Shown here one piece after another: positions 9,827-19,705 of a stretch of DNA of 64,000 bases (the first letter of the stretch is position 1; each line of letters opens with the position of its first letter). The position numbers and the translations under genes are program-made. Below the pieces are notes generated by a model. The model saw only the letters and a program-made list of their open reading frames with translations. It was not told the DNA's origin and did not search any database. The stretch is from a virus, in IMG/VR virus record IMGVR_UViG_3300034102_002265, positions 12,699 to 76,698 of that record. One strand, written 5' to 3'.

Positions 9827-10872
9827 ACATCAATTCCTTTCGTAGTGCTATAGACTTTACCATCTGCAAAATTGTAACGAGATTCACTAAATCCAAAATC
9901 ATCATCCAGATCAATTAACTCATCATCTGCACTATTAATAACATTAACTGCAGTTCCAGATGCATGAGTCATAACAGGAGTATTATCTTCGCCTCTATTC
10001 ACTAATAACGTATTTCCTGTAATCTTACGAATGAACATCGACTCTTCACCGAGCATAATATAAGATTTTTCAATTAACACAGATGCATCTACAACATTAA
10101 ATTGTGTAACCTCTTCAGAAATATCTTCAGAAATTTGAGTTATCTCATCATTATTATAATCTTGTAAGGCTCTAGGTTCTGCTACATATCTTAATTGTCT
10201 AGATGCATTTACTTTATTGGTGTTGGTATGATAATCAACTTGAACTTGTTTAATTATGGCTTCATTAGGAGTACCAAGAGGTCCGAATAGATATGTCTTT
10301 GCAACAAAATCTAAAGTATAAACTAAAACTCTTCTCGTAGTAAAATCACCTTCATACTGATCATCCATTGCAATTCTTTCAAGAATCATTGGAATATCTC
10401 TTTTTTCTCCAATACTAGAAACTAAATCTACTGTAAGATTAAAATGAGGTTGAAAATATGGTAATATCTGTTCTACTACTTGCAATGCATCTTCATTCAA
10501 TTTGGACATTATTGAGAGTCTAAAGTTTACATTATATGGAACTGGCATAAAAACTTTTGTCACTTCATTATTTGTCTTATCTAAAGCTTTAAAAGTTTGC
10601 ATCGTAGAAGATTTTCTACTAGCATCATATGATATTCCTGTCATTTCAAATGACATTCTTGGGAGAGTAATTGCAACTCTTTTCTTTAGATCAGGTACTT
10701 GTTCAATTCTCGCTAAAAACTTTTGAACAGGACCGTAAGCAATAGGTACAGTTAAGATACTGAAATCATCTCCAGCATTATCTTTATGTTTGATTTGAAT
10801 ATCATTGAAAAGAGTACCGAAAGCCACAATGGTCTTTCTCAATATTTCGTGATAAAAATAATTTGAGATCAT
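9823..10872 (-). CDS. gp15: Tail sheath stabiliser/terminator gp15
   Basis: YFYHEILRKTIVAFGTLFN, VPIAYGP.QKFLAR, LPRMSFE and QVVEQILPYFQP. Confidence 0.95.
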   Translation of the reverse strand: MISNYFYHEILRKTIVAFGTLFNDIQIKHKDNAGDDFSILTVPIAYGPVQKFLARIEQVPDLKKRVAITLPRMSFEMTGISYDASRKSSTMQTFKALDKTNNEVTKVFMPVPYNVNFRLSIMSKLNEDALQVVEQILPYFQPHFNLTVDLVSSIGEKRDIPMILERIAMDDQYEGDFTTRRVLVYTLDFVAKTYLFGPLGTPNEAIIKQVQVDYHTNTNKVNASRQLRYVAEPRALQDYNNDEITQISEDISEEVTQFNVVDASVLIEKSYIMLGEESMFIRKITGNTLLVNRGEDNTPVMTHASGTAVNVINSADDELIDLDDDFGFSESRYNFADGKVYSTTKGIDV

Positions 10873-10899
10873 TACAAGTAATTATGGAGTAATAATTAT

Positions 10900-12330
10900 T
10901 TAGTATTCACCAAACGGGTTCTTTTGACTGAAATCTACAATTTGATCTGCAGCTAATTCAATTTCAATATTTTCTGCATATGCATCTAAGAATTCATTAG
11001 TTTGTACAGTTGATACTTTATAACTTGCAGCTACACCAACTATAGATTCTCCTCTTGCAAAAGTTCCGTCAACAACAGAAAGTTTGAGAACTCTATTTAC
11101 ATAATCCCAACTCTTAACATATCCAGTAGTGCCTGTTCTAGAGCCAGTGACCACTTCATTGTAGTCATAATCTCCAAATGTAGTTGCAGTAGGATCTGTG
11201 AAAGATATTGTTGGCGTAAATGTGTATCCAGCTCCAGCATTTGAGTACCGAACCGCAACAACTTCACCATTAGAATTTACCACAGCCTCGGCTTGTGCAT
11301 TTCTGATATTAGAAGAAATACCTGTACTGGTAGGAATAAAGATTCTTTGAATTATCGCTTGAGGAGTTGTACTATATCCAACACCTCCAGAAGAAATTCC
11401 GATAACTCCAAGAACTCTTGTATTGATTACAGCAGTAGCAATTCCACCGCTTCCACCACCTCCAGAAATGGTTACGATTGGGGGTTCTATGTAACCAAAA
11501 CCAGGATTCGTGATAAGGATTCTGTCAATTGCAAGTTTTTGATTTGGGGACCTACTTGTCATAATTGCAACCGCAGTTGCTGTTAGACCACCAGATGGTG
11601 CAGTAGATATAGAAACTGTAGGAGGTAAAGAATATCCAAATCCATCATTAATAAGATCAATATACTGGACTGACTTGGAATTTGGATTAGTTGTTGCAAA
11701 TCCAACAGTTGCTACAGCCGTAGTTGCTCCAGATCCAACCATTTGAATGGTGTATACGTTTCCAAGATCCTTAATGGATTCATTGATTTCTATTCCAGTA
11801 GGATCAACTTCAGGAACATCAATAATCTCATCTTCATATTCAAATCTTTCACATCTTAGTTCATAGACATATAGATTATTAAGTTGATAGAAAGGTTTTT
11901 TGCCCTCAACATACTTAATTTCAAATAAAGATTCATCCAAAGGAAACCAAATCAAATCTCCTTCTTGTGGTCTATATGCAACTTTTCTTTCATCTTCTGG
12001 CCATAATTTTAATAATGGTGATATAAAATCATCATATCTTTCCTTTGAAATTACTAGATTGATTTCATCATTACTTCTGACTCCAAATTTACTTAGTAAA
12101 TCCCCATTTCCACTAAATCCTTCAAAATTCATTAAGTAGGCTTCAATACGAAAACTATCATCAAATTTTGACGCAGTAACTTCTTTAATAACTGTATTTT
12201 CCCCAATAATTCTTCTGGGCATGTATAGAACGTCTTGTCCATACATTTTAAGTTGTTCGTTAATTAGATCTTGAATGAGTCTTTGTTCACTCGGAGATCC
12301 CTGAAGAAAATAAGAATTTAGTGGTGACAT
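10900..12330 (-). CDS. gp14: Neck protein gp14 with an inserted Gly-rich beta module
   Basis: EQRLIQDLINEQLKMYGQDVLYMPR, RPQEGDLIWFP, FEIKYVE..KPFYQL and C-terminal DFSQKNPFGEY. Confidence 0.93.
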   Translation of the reverse strand: MSPLNSYFLQGSPSEQRLIQDLINEQLKMYGQDVLYMPRRIIGENTVIKEVTASKFDDSFRIEAYLMNFEGFSGNGDLLSKFGVRSNDEINLVISKERYDDFISPLLKLWPEDERKVAYRPQEGDLIWFPLDESLFEIKYVEGKKPFYQLNNLYVYELRCERFEYEDEIIDVPEVDPTGIEINESIKDLGNVYTIQMVGSGATTAVATVGFATTNPNSKSVQYIDLINDGFGYSLPPTVSISTAPSGGLTATAVAIMTSRSPNQKLAIDRILITNPGFGYIEPPIVTISGGGGSGGIATAVINTRVLGVIGISSGGVGYSTTPQAIIQRIFIPTSTGISSNIRNAQAEAVVNSNGEVVAVRYSNAGAGYTFTPTISFTDPTATTFGDYDYNEVVTGSRTGTTGYVKSWDYVNRVLKLSVVDGTFARGESIVGVAASYKVSTVQTNEFLDAYAENIEIELAADQIVDFSQKNPFGEY

Positions 12331-12331
12331 A

Positions 12332-13165
12332 TCAACCTATGAGATCAAGTGGTGGTAATTCGTATTCATCCTTAAGTTGTTGTTCCAACTTTTCTATTTC
12401 TGCAACTCCATCATCATAGATTTGTCTTCCATTCAATTGAACTCCACCTGGAAGTAAAACTCCATTGAATTTAATCATATTCTGTCCCCACTGCTTTTTG
12501 ATGAGAGCAGTAAGGTATTTTTTTAACCACCAATCATTATAAAGTTTTGGAGTATCTGATGGGTCTACGATTCGATAACAATCAATAATTACATATTCAT
12601 TTTCACCAACTTGCTGCCAGTCTATATCTAAGTATAATTTATGATTTAATTTGTTAAAACGAATTTGTGCATTAGGATTTAAAAGAAAATCCAAATCTTC
12701 AAGATATCTTTTAACCATCGCATAATTAAGGAGGTCTAATGCACCATAATAATAAACATCATTTAAAAATATCTGATATTTAATATTGAAAAGTCCATCA
12801 GAGATGGTACTAGAATTTATTTTTAAGATATTATTTACACCAATAATTGAATCCGGTAATGGAAGATAGTTAACTCCCTCTACATAATTGAGAGAAGTTA
12901 AACCAACTCCAACAACATCTGAAGAAGATGTTGTTGCGGAACCTACTGGTCCTGGTTGAGCTAATGTTGCTTTAGTTGCAGGAGTAAGTTTGTGTTTTAA
13001 AAATACACGATCAATACCATCATAATGTCTTTCATGAAAATATTGAATAGCATCATCTACTAAATTATCGATTTGATCATCATCAACATTTATCTCTAAT
13101 ACAGGTTTACCCAATTGACGAAGACAATATTCGATTAATTCCTTTCTGTTATTAGGTGATGCCAT
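12332..13165 (-). CDS. gp13: Neck protein gp13
   Basis: YCLRQLGKPVLEINVDDDQ, WLKKYLTALIKKQWGQN and LPGGVQLNGRQIY. Confidence 0.95.
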   Translation of the reverse strand: MASPNNRKELIEYCLRQLGKPVLEINVDDDQIDNLVDDAIQYFHERHYDGIDRVFLKHKLTPATKATLAQPGPVGSATTSSSDVVGVGLTSLNYVEGVNYLPLPDSIIGVNNILKINSSTISDGLFNIKYQIFLNDVYYYGALDLLNYAMVKRYLEDLDFLLNPNAQIRFNKLNHKLYLDIDWQQVGENEYVIIDCYRIVDPSDTPKLYNDWWLKKYLTALIKKQWGQNMIKFNGVLLPGGVQLNGRQIYDDGVAEIEKLEQQLKDEYELPPLDLIG

Positions 13166-13200
13166 ACATATTAAATGATTTTATAATGGTAATATAAAAA

Positions 13201-13207
13201 TATTTAT
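13201..13207 (-). promoter_or_regulatory. Late promoter ATAAATA (upstream of gp13)
   Basis: Intergenic, 35 nt upstream of gp13. Confidence 0.7.
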
Positions 13208-13236
13208 CTCTACAATTTTTTCTTTTTTTATTTAAC

Positions 13237-14031
13237 ATGATTATATTAACAGGATCACAAGGTTTCATTGGAAAAAACTTTCTTTCCACTATTAAAGAGC
13301 CTATAATAGAAGTGGAAAAGGATAATGCTTTTCGTTTTATATCTGGGTTTAATCAATGGGATCAAGTATCCTTAATTTTACATCAAGGAGCAATATCTTC
13401 AACGACTGAGAGAAACATTCAAACGTTACATCACAATAATGTTGTCTTTTCTTTGTTTCTTTTTGAAAAAGCAATAGAGCATGGAATATCAGTAAAATAT
13501 GCTTCATCAGCATCAGTATATGGAAATCAAACAAAAAAATCAAAAGTCATAAATCCACTAAATTATTATGCAATAACTAAACTTCAAATTGATTATTTTG
13601 TCCAAGATAATATAGAAAAATTTTCGAGTATTCAGGGATTTAGGTACTTTAATGTTTATGGGCAAGGTGAAGATCATAAAGGTGATCAAGCAAGTCCAAT
13701 CTCTAAATTCACAAAACAAATTCGTGAATCAGGAAAATTGAACCTCTTCAGAGGATCAGACAAATTTTTAAGAGACTTCATCTGTGTTGAAGATGTTGTT
13801 GATGTTGTTTTAAATAATAGCCATCCATCAGGAATCTATGATTTGGGAACAGGAAACCCTATTAGTTTTCAAGAAGTTGCAGAATTAGTCTCAGAAAAAG
13901 AAAAAGGGGAAGTCGAATATATCGACTTCCCCGAACATCTTAAAGGTAAATATCAAGATTATACTTGTGCTGACATGAAATGGATTGGTGACTATAAGTT
14001 TAAAACAGTTAGAGAGTATCTCCTTCAATAA
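13237..14031 (+). CDS. hldD: ADP-L-glycero-D-manno-heptose 6-epimerase (HldD/RfaD-like extended SDR)
   Basis: TGSQGFIG Rossmann motif, HQGAISSTTE, YASSASVYG, YxxxK (YAITK) and GFRYFNVYG..EDHKG.QAS, all characteristic of HldD. Confidence 0.88.
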   Translation: MIILTGSQGFIGKNFLSTIKEPIIEVEKDNAFRFISGFNQWDQVSLILHQGAISSTTERNIQTLHHNNVVFSLFLFEKAIEHGISVKYASSASVYGNQTKKSKVINPLNYYAITKLQIDYFVQDNIEKFSSIQGFRYFNVYGQGEDHKGDQASPISKFTKQIRESGKLNLFRGSDKFLRDFICVEDVVDVVLNNSHPSGIYDLGTGNPISFQEVAELVSEKEKGEVEYIDFPEHLKGKYQDYTCADMKWIGDYKFKTVREYLLQ

Positions 14032-14374
14032 TACGAATACTATCACTATCGAAATGTTGAGTTGAGAATTCAAACAACTCAGTATCTTCTAAGGCATACA
14101 TTCTATGTCTTAATCCAACAGGAACATGAAAGTTTTGACCCTTTTTAAGGGTCCTTTTTTGTGCCAAATTAATGTCATCATCATACCCATAAAAAAGAAT
14201 CAACATTCCAGACTGCACATAGAATGTCTCATCTTTTATGTTGTGATAATGCCAAGAACACTTTTTCCCTTTTACAAAATATAAAAGTTTTCCACAATAT
14301 TGTTCATTGTTTACAATCCATTTTTCAAATCCCCATCCTTTGGGGACAAATTTAATTGAAGAAGTCATCTGCAT
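14009..14374 (-). CDS. Cupin sugar(-phosphate) isomerase-like protein (mannose-6-P or D-lyxose isomerase type)
   Basis: KGWGFEKWI, cupin motif 1 SWHYHNIKDETFYV and motif 2 VPVGLRHR. Confidence 0.8.
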   Translation of the reverse strand: MQMTSSIKFVPKGWGFEKWIVNNEQYCGKLLYFVKGKKCSWHYHNIKDETFYVQSGMLILFYGYDDDINLAQKRTLKKGQNFHVPVGLRHRMYALEDTELFEFSTQHFDSDSIRIIEGDTL

Positions 14375-14681
14375 TCACCGCTTTGTCATCAATGTACATA
14401 TCCCCACTTGGTTTGCCCATGATTAATTCATGATACTTGCATCCCCAATCATCCAATTGTGTTTTTGTTAGATTATAAAAATCCGCATAAGCTAGATTTG
14501 AATTATCAAGATGTCTTCCCATACCACGAGCAGTAAAGTACTTGATAATATGTCCTTCCTCGTAAAGACGATTGATGGTATCAATACGGTCTAACTTTGG
14601 AATACTATTATGATAGTAACCATCTTCTCTGCAAATGGGTTTATCACAAATTGTTCCGTCGATATCAATTACATAATTCAT
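14352..14681 (-). CDS. Capless HAD-family phosphatase (capsule-biosynthesis phosphatase-like)
   Basis: Motif I DIDGT, motif II FTARG, and motifs III/IV GKP...YIDDKA. Confidence 0.82.
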   Translation of the reverse strand: MNYVIDIDGTICDKPICREDGYYHNSIPKLDRIDTINRLYEEGHIIKYFTARGMGRHLDNSNLAYADFYNLTKTQLDDWGCKYHELIMGKPSGDMYIDDKAVNADDFFN

Positions 14682-15420
14682 TCACATCTTCCTTTGATAA
14701 TACGTAAGTTCCTGGATATGATACAGCAATTGCGGCCGCCCTATTAGCAATGGGTATTGCTTCCTCTATTCTACCACAATTCAAATATCCGAACACAAGG
14801 GCAGATAAGAAAGTGTCCCCAGCTCCAACAACATCATAAACATTTACTTTTTCTCCCGGATATACTACTCCATTGTATTCAGCACCTTTTGATCCATGAG
14901 TGATAATGACATTGGAGTTTTTTTCTTCTAACTTTTCATATTCATGTTCATTGATCTTGACATAACAATTGTATGAAGGAAGAATCTTCTTTTTACTGTC
15001 AATAAATGTGGGACATTTCATGTTATAAACAATCTCAAATAATTTTGAACTCGTTATAAATCCCTTGTCATAATCACTAATTACGACCGCATCATATGGT
15101 TCATTTGGAATTTCATATTCCATTGGTTTACAAACAACTTCTTCGTCAACTCTAAGAATTTGTTGATTTGTCCTTTCATCAATATAACGTGTCTTAATAA
15201 TTTTTTCTTGATTTGTCATCATATAAACTTCAAGACCTAATGCTTTAAGATTGTTATAGACATTCCATGCCATCCCTTGTCTTGTTTCGGTTTTCTTGTA
15301 GTTTAAGATTGGAACAGGTGCTTCTGGATTCAATCGTTTAACTTCTCCATAAACATATTTGTCTATGCAACTATCTCCGATCAATAATACTTTGAATGAT
15401 TTTTGTTGAGGAGTATTCAT
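14665..15420 (-). CDS. D-glycero-D-manno-heptose-7-phosphate kinase (HldE/RfaE domain I, PfkB family)
   Basis: VLLIGDSCIDKYVYG..KRLNPEAPVP, ISDYDKG and PfkB signature VYDVVGAGDTF. Confidence 0.88.
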   Translation of the reverse strand: MNTPQQKSFKVLLIGDSCIDKYVYGEVKRLNPEAPVPILNYKKTETRQGMAWNVYNNLKALGLEVYMMTNQEKIIKTRYIDERTNQQILRVDEEVVCKPMEYEIPNEPYDAVVISDYDKGFITSSKLFEIVYNMKCPTFIDSKKKILPSYNCYVKINEHEYEKLEEKNSNVIITHGSKGAEYNGVVYPGEKVNVYDVVGAGDTFLSALVFGYLNCGRIEEAIPIANRAAAIAVSYPGTYVLSKEDVNELCN

Positions 15421-15772
15421 CTATTCTATCAAAAAAAATTAATCTTTTTGCAAACTGAGATCCAATTACTGGTTTATTTTTCCAATCAGAACCTACTATC
15501 ATTATATCTGGATTGAACCCTTTTATCAATTCTTCCAACTCTTTATCATTAGAAAAAGTCTCAACCTGATCTACAGGTTTTAACATATTCAAGAAAAATC
15601 TTCTTTCATCTTGATTGTGTATTGGTCTAGATGTTCCTTTCTTTTCCTTTACCCGTTCGTCGTCATCAATAGCAACTATTAAATAATCACCATAAGATTT
15701 TGCAAAATTCAAAAGTTGTAAGTGGCCTACATGAAGGACATCAAAGGTTCCATTAACAAATATTTTTTTCAT
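15371..15772 (-). CDS. Heptose-1-phosphate nucleotidyltransferase (HldE/RfaE domain II, cytidylyltransferase family)
   Basis: NGTFDVLHVGH (HxGH), KGTSRPI, GSDW and SSTKII. Confidence 0.88.
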   Translation of the reverse strand: MKKIFVNGTFDVLHVGHLQLLNFAKSYGDYLIVAIDDDERVKEKKGTSRPIHNQDERRFFLNMLKPVDQVETFSNDKELEELIKGFNPDIMIVGSDWKNKPVIGSQFAKRLIFFDRIDEYSSTKIIQSIIDRR

Positions 15773-17463
15773 TCGTTAGGAACTTTAACCAATTTTTGAA
15801 TTTCGGGAAGATACATATATTCAATATCACTATTCTGAAGGGTATCAATTGCATCAACAATAGTTTCTACAAGAGGATCTCCGCCAAGATTGAATGAAGT
15901 ATTGAAGAGGATGGGAACATCACTCAATTTTTCAAAAGCATCAATAAGTCTATAATAATGATCATTCTGATCTTTTGTAACCGTTTGAATTCTACAAGTT
16001 CCATCAACGTGAATTACTGAGGGAATTTTTTCTTCAACGCCAGGTAGACAATCTACAGCATACATCATATGAGGAGATTCTTCTCTTCCAGCAATATCAA
16101 ACCATTCATTCACTTTCTCTTTGAGAATTGTACAAGCAAATGGACGGAAGAACTCACGACGCTTAACTTGGTTTACGAGATCCTTGCCATTTTGAATGGT
16201 GGGATCAAAGAGAATTGAACGATTTCCTAGTGCTCTAGGTCCACCCTCTGAACGACCTTGGAAGATAGTAACAATATTACCATCACGAATAAGTTTTGCT
16301 ACCTCGTTATAAGTTGTGGGTTGAACATCCAGTCCTTCTAAATACTCTTCATAAGTTTCTGGATCATACTGAGGGCCATAATAAATTGAAGACTGTCTTT
16401 CAAATGGAGTTTCCATTTCAGTTATTTGTGCATGAGTATATTTTGCACCACCAATAGATGTTCCTCCATCATGGGAGATTGGTTCGCAGTAAATATTGAG
16501 ATCTGGGAATTCTTTCCAATACTTGTAGTTGGCAACACAATTTAGACCATAACCACCGCAGACAACGATATTAGTTTCACCAGTTTCTTCGTGAGCTTTA
16601 CGAATGAGATCAATCATTCGGGTTTCAGTTTCCTTTTGTACTAAGAACGCTAAATCTTTTTGAATTTGAGTGTATTCACCTTTAGAATGATTTTTTACAT
16701 CTTCGGAAAGAATATCATATCTTTGGTGATTTATTTTAGACCCATTTGGATAATTGGGTACAAATACTTCACGATTTGCCCACCCATTCCTAAAAAGTTC
16801 AGGAAGATCTTGATTTTCTTTTCCATATGGAGACAATCCCATTGTTTTTCCAGCATCTATGGAAGAAAATCCACAATACTCAGTTACCGCTTCATATGTT
16901 TTTGTTAGTCCTGGATATTCTGTGAGAATATATTTCCCATCCTCATCCAATTTAATAATACCGATACTTTCTTTGGATCCAAAATGTTTGTAAACAGAAT
17001 CGAACTCTAATGGATATTTTGCTTTAAATATAGATTCAAATTCGTAAATGACTCCTGGACAAGCATCAGTCTGTAAGAAACTTCCAGCACCATCAGCAAT
17101 CACACACGCTGCAGTTTCAAATCCAGAATTTAAAAATGCACAAGCAGCGTGCATTTCATGATGTTTTGTGTCAATAAAATGAGTTTGATATTCAAATTTC
17201 TTTCTAGAAAGTTTTCTTATCCAACCATGATACAGATCTTCCCCAGTCCAATCTAGTTCAGGTCCGTTTCTATGAGTATGACATATTACTAAATGGTCAA
17301 TATGGTCTACATATTCAAATACTTTTAGTAGTCCTAGAAGTGGACTTCCATCGTGTTTCCAACGAGAAAGTCTTTCCTCTTCAACATAAAAAATTACTTC
17401 ACCATCAATCATCAGAGTTGTGCTTGCATTGTGTCCGCGAGCACAGGAAACAATAATACTCAT
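15769..17463 (-). CDS. O-carbamoyltransferase (NodU/CmcH/TobZ family)
   Basis: EEERLSR.KHD, HHEMHAACAF, GGYGLNCVAN, EGGPRALGNRSIL, VKRREFFRPFA, HVDGTCRIQTV and NTSFNLGGDPLVET. Confidence 0.93.
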   Translation of the reverse strand: MSIIVSCARGHNASTTLMIDGEVIFYVEEERLSRWKHDGSPLLGLLKVFEYVDHIDHLVICHTHRNGPELDWTGEDLYHGWIRKLSRKKFEYQTHFIDTKHHEMHAACAFLNSGFETAACVIADGAGSFLQTDACPGVIYEFESIFKAKYPLEFDSVYKHFGSKESIGIIKLDEDGKYILTEYPGLTKTYEAVTEYCGFSSIDAGKTMGLSPYGKENQDLPELFRNGWANREVFVPNYPNGSKINHQRYDILSEDVKNHSKGEYTQIQKDLAFLVQKETETRMIDLIRKAHEETGETNIVVCGGYGLNCVANYKYWKEFPDLNIYCEPISHDGGTSIGGAKYTHAQITEMETPFERQSSIYYGPQYDPETYEEYLEGLDVQPTTYNEVAKLIRDGNIVTIFQGRSEGGPRALGNRSILFDPTIQNGKDLVNQVKRREFFRPFACTILKEKVNEWFDIAGREESPHMMYAVDCLPGVEEKIPSVIHVDGTCRIQTVTKDQNDHYYRLIDAFEKLSDVPILFNTSFNLGGDPLVETIVDAIDTLQNSDIEYMYLPEIQKLVKVPNE

Positions 17464-17472
17464 AATTTTACC

Positions 17473-18555
17473 TCAATTTTTAATGTCGTTTAATTCCAGA
17501 ATTTGATCAATTGTTTTTTTCTTGGTTGGTTTTGGTTTTTGGAATCCAGGCATTACACTTGGATTTATCGGAAGATTATTTTGACTTGTTCCATTTTTTG
17601 ATACACCTGATAAATTCAATGTATCATTATTGACCTTACTTACGCCAATTTTATCTTTAATTGATTTGGAAATTTCTTTTATTCTTTCATTACTTAAAAT
17701 CATCAAATCTTCATTATTTCTATCATATTGATCTTCAAAACTTATTCTTATTGGGCTATATTTCCTTCTATTTTTTCCATTATCTACGATATGGAAATTT
17801 TTATTATTTGGATAGGAAATATTTTCAGGATAAGTTGAACCTATAACTACAGTACTTGGTTTGTTCAATGCATATGCAATGTGTTGACCCATGCTGTCAC
17901 ATCCCAGAAAATAGTCGGCAGCATTAATTATACCACCCCATTGTGTAATTGGTACATTCTGAGGACAAGCGACTCCAAGTTTATCCCAATCTGGAATTGG
18001 AATTTGTGTCATTAAGATGACGCCATAATTTTTCTTCAATTCATCAATAACTTTGTATATATCCGAAAGTTCAAAACTTCTACCTGTGACATCATAAGTA
18101 AATTTTCCTTCAACTTTTGCAGAACTGCCAAAAGGTTGAAAAACTACAATTTTATCTTTTTTTAGAACTTCTCTTACTTCTTCTACTAGATTATATCCGA
18201 ATATTTGTTCTTGTTTGTTTAATTCTAAATTAATTTTTTTAGTATCTGGTATATGATTCAGTTCATTGATTAATATATCAAATGCTTGAATCAAATTACA
18301 CTCTTGAGTGAAATATGCATTGAGTCTATAGGGTTCTGGACTTACAATTTCCTTATCAAGTAAAAGCGACTCAAATAAATTTTTATGATTAATAGGATAA
18401 ACTTTATCCCTTAGTACTTTACTACAGGAATAAAATTCTCCCCATGATTCGGCAACGACTATAAAATCGTCATGTCTTTTGGCATATTCTTCCAAAGCGG
18501 GTATGGAACAAAGGACCCTACCCGCACCACCATTGATGAAAAATGCTTTATTCAT
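17473..18555 (-). CDS. GT9-like (heptosyltransferase-fold) glycosyltransferase
   Basis: N-terminal GGAGRVLCSIPAL, VVFQPFGS, and GT9 C-terminal signature IINAADYFLGCDSMGQHIAYALNKPSTVVIGST. Confidence 0.75.
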   Translation of the reverse strand: MNKAFFINGGAGRVLCSIPALEEYAKRHDDFIVVAESWGEFYSCSKVLRDKVYPINHKNLFESLLLDKEIVSPEPYRLNAYFTQECNLIQAFDILINELNHIPDTKKINLELNKQEQIFGYNLVEEVREVLKKDKIVVFQPFGSSAKVEGKFTYDVTGRSFELSDIYKVIDELKKNYGVILMTQIPIPDWDKLGVACPQNVPITQWGGIINAADYFLGCDSMGQHIAYALNKPSTVVIGSTYPENISYPNNKNFHIVDNGKNRRKYSPIRISFEDQYDRNNEDLMILSNERIKEISKSIKDKIGVSKVNNDTLNLSGVSKNGTSQNNLPINPSVMPGFQKPKPTKKKTIDQILELNDIKN

Positions 18556-18597
18556 TAATATTGTCCACCTTTAATAATTAAACTCGTTATACTCAGT

Positions 18598-18604
18598 TAT
18601 TTAT
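18598..18604 (-). promoter_or_regulatory. Late promoter ATAAATA heading the GT9-carbamoyltransferase-heptose operon
   Basis: Intergenic, about 42 nt upstream of the GT9 start, with spacing similar to the structural-gene promoters. Confidence 0.65.
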
Positions 18605-18634
18605 TTTACTACTTTTGGAGTGTTTTATCAAATG

Positions 18635-19699
18635 TTATTTAAAGCAAATACAAACCAATCCCATTTTACCAGAACAATCCCCATACATACCAACCGCACC
18701 ACCAAAAGCACTTGAAGGCCAACCACCCGCACTAGGAACTCTTAATCTGCCACAACATGCTTGGTTAGCCGAACCGCAACAGATACCATCATAGAAAACT
18801 GTACACTGAGACTCGGAAAGGAATCCAAAAACTGGTGGGTGACAGTAACAAGCCGCATTATTATTACCGCAACTGCATAGAGATGAGAACATTCCTTTTA
18901 TTCCATATATCGAGCCAACAGGAGATGATCCATAATAATTTGCTCCAGGGGTGAATGGATGAATGCAGCATACGCCAACACCAGTTGCTGACCAACATCC
19001 AAAACTACCTCCCCCACAAACAGCGTATCCACATCCTTGACTACATTTTGATCCAAAATAACAAGAAGATACGGCATATCTGCCATTACATACCATCCAC
19101 TTACCCAGTTCCCCAATACCACCATCTACACAGAAATTGCATAATCCCGGTCCTTGAACGAAGGATTTATCTCCGTCTGGTCTATGGCAACCATATGTAC
19201 AGTATGCACAAATTCTTGGAGCACATCCACTATGGATTGTATAAGTTGCTCCAGCTGTTACAGGAATAATAAGTGATGCATATGCACCAGTTCCACCAAA
19301 AGGAGATATAGAACAACACATTCCTCCACTACCAGAACCAGATCCAGCACCCCAAATCTGGAATCTTGCACAAGTTACTCCACTAGGAACAGTCCAAGTA
19401 CAATCCTTACCCTGAGAGAAATATTGATTAACAACACCATCATCCCCACAAACAGTAAATCCACCAGTCCATCCGGAACCAGCTGCTACACAAGACCAAA
19501 GACTTGTTTGAGCTGGATTTGCTAGTAATGAAGGTTCTATGCACCGAACCCAACAACTATATTCAGGAGTAAACAAACTTGCAGAAACCGCAAGAGCAGT
19601 AGTTTGGGGTCCTTTTACAGCTATGCAAGCGCTCTTTTCGGAAACTTGAGTAGTTAAATAGTCTTTTGCATTTTCTGCACTGTATCTTAATACATCCAT
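18635..19699 (-). CDS. Cys/Gly-rich protein (about 35 Cys) with a phage glycine-rich fibre-like domain, paralogue 1
   Basis: TWTVPSGVTCARFQIWGAGSGSG...GGTGAYA resembles Gly-rich tail-fibre domains. The protein ends GKMGLVCICFK. Confidence 0.7.
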   Translation of the reverse strand: MDVLRYSAENAKDYLTTQVSEKSACIAVKGPQTTALAVSASLFTPEYSCWVRCIEPSLLANPAQTSLWSCVAAGSGWTGGFTVCGDDGVVNQYFSQGKDCTWTVPSGVTCARFQIWGAGSGSGSGGMCCSISPFGGTGAYASLIIPVTAGATYTIHSGCAPRICAYCTYGCHRPDGDKSFVQGPGLCNFCVDGGIGELGKWMVCNGRYAVSSCYFGSKCSQGCGYAVCGGGSFGCWSATGVGVCCIHPFTPGANYYGSSPVGSIYGIKGMFSSLCSCGNNNAACYCHPPVFGFLSESQCTVFYDGICCGSANQACCGRLRVPSAGGWPSSAFGGAVGMYGDCSGKMGLVCICFK

Positions 19700-19705
19700 G
19701 GAATT

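Noticed and set aside
15769-17463. Carbamoyltransferase as a DNA hypermodification enzyme
   Set aside because: No nucleotide-modification or replication genes are adjacent, and the context is a late sugar-nucleotide operon. This is not excluded but is less supported.
13237-18555. Heptose genes as bacterial contamination or a prophage-host junction
   Set aside because: They are tightly packed between phage structural genes, share their AT-rich composition and follow a phage late promoter.
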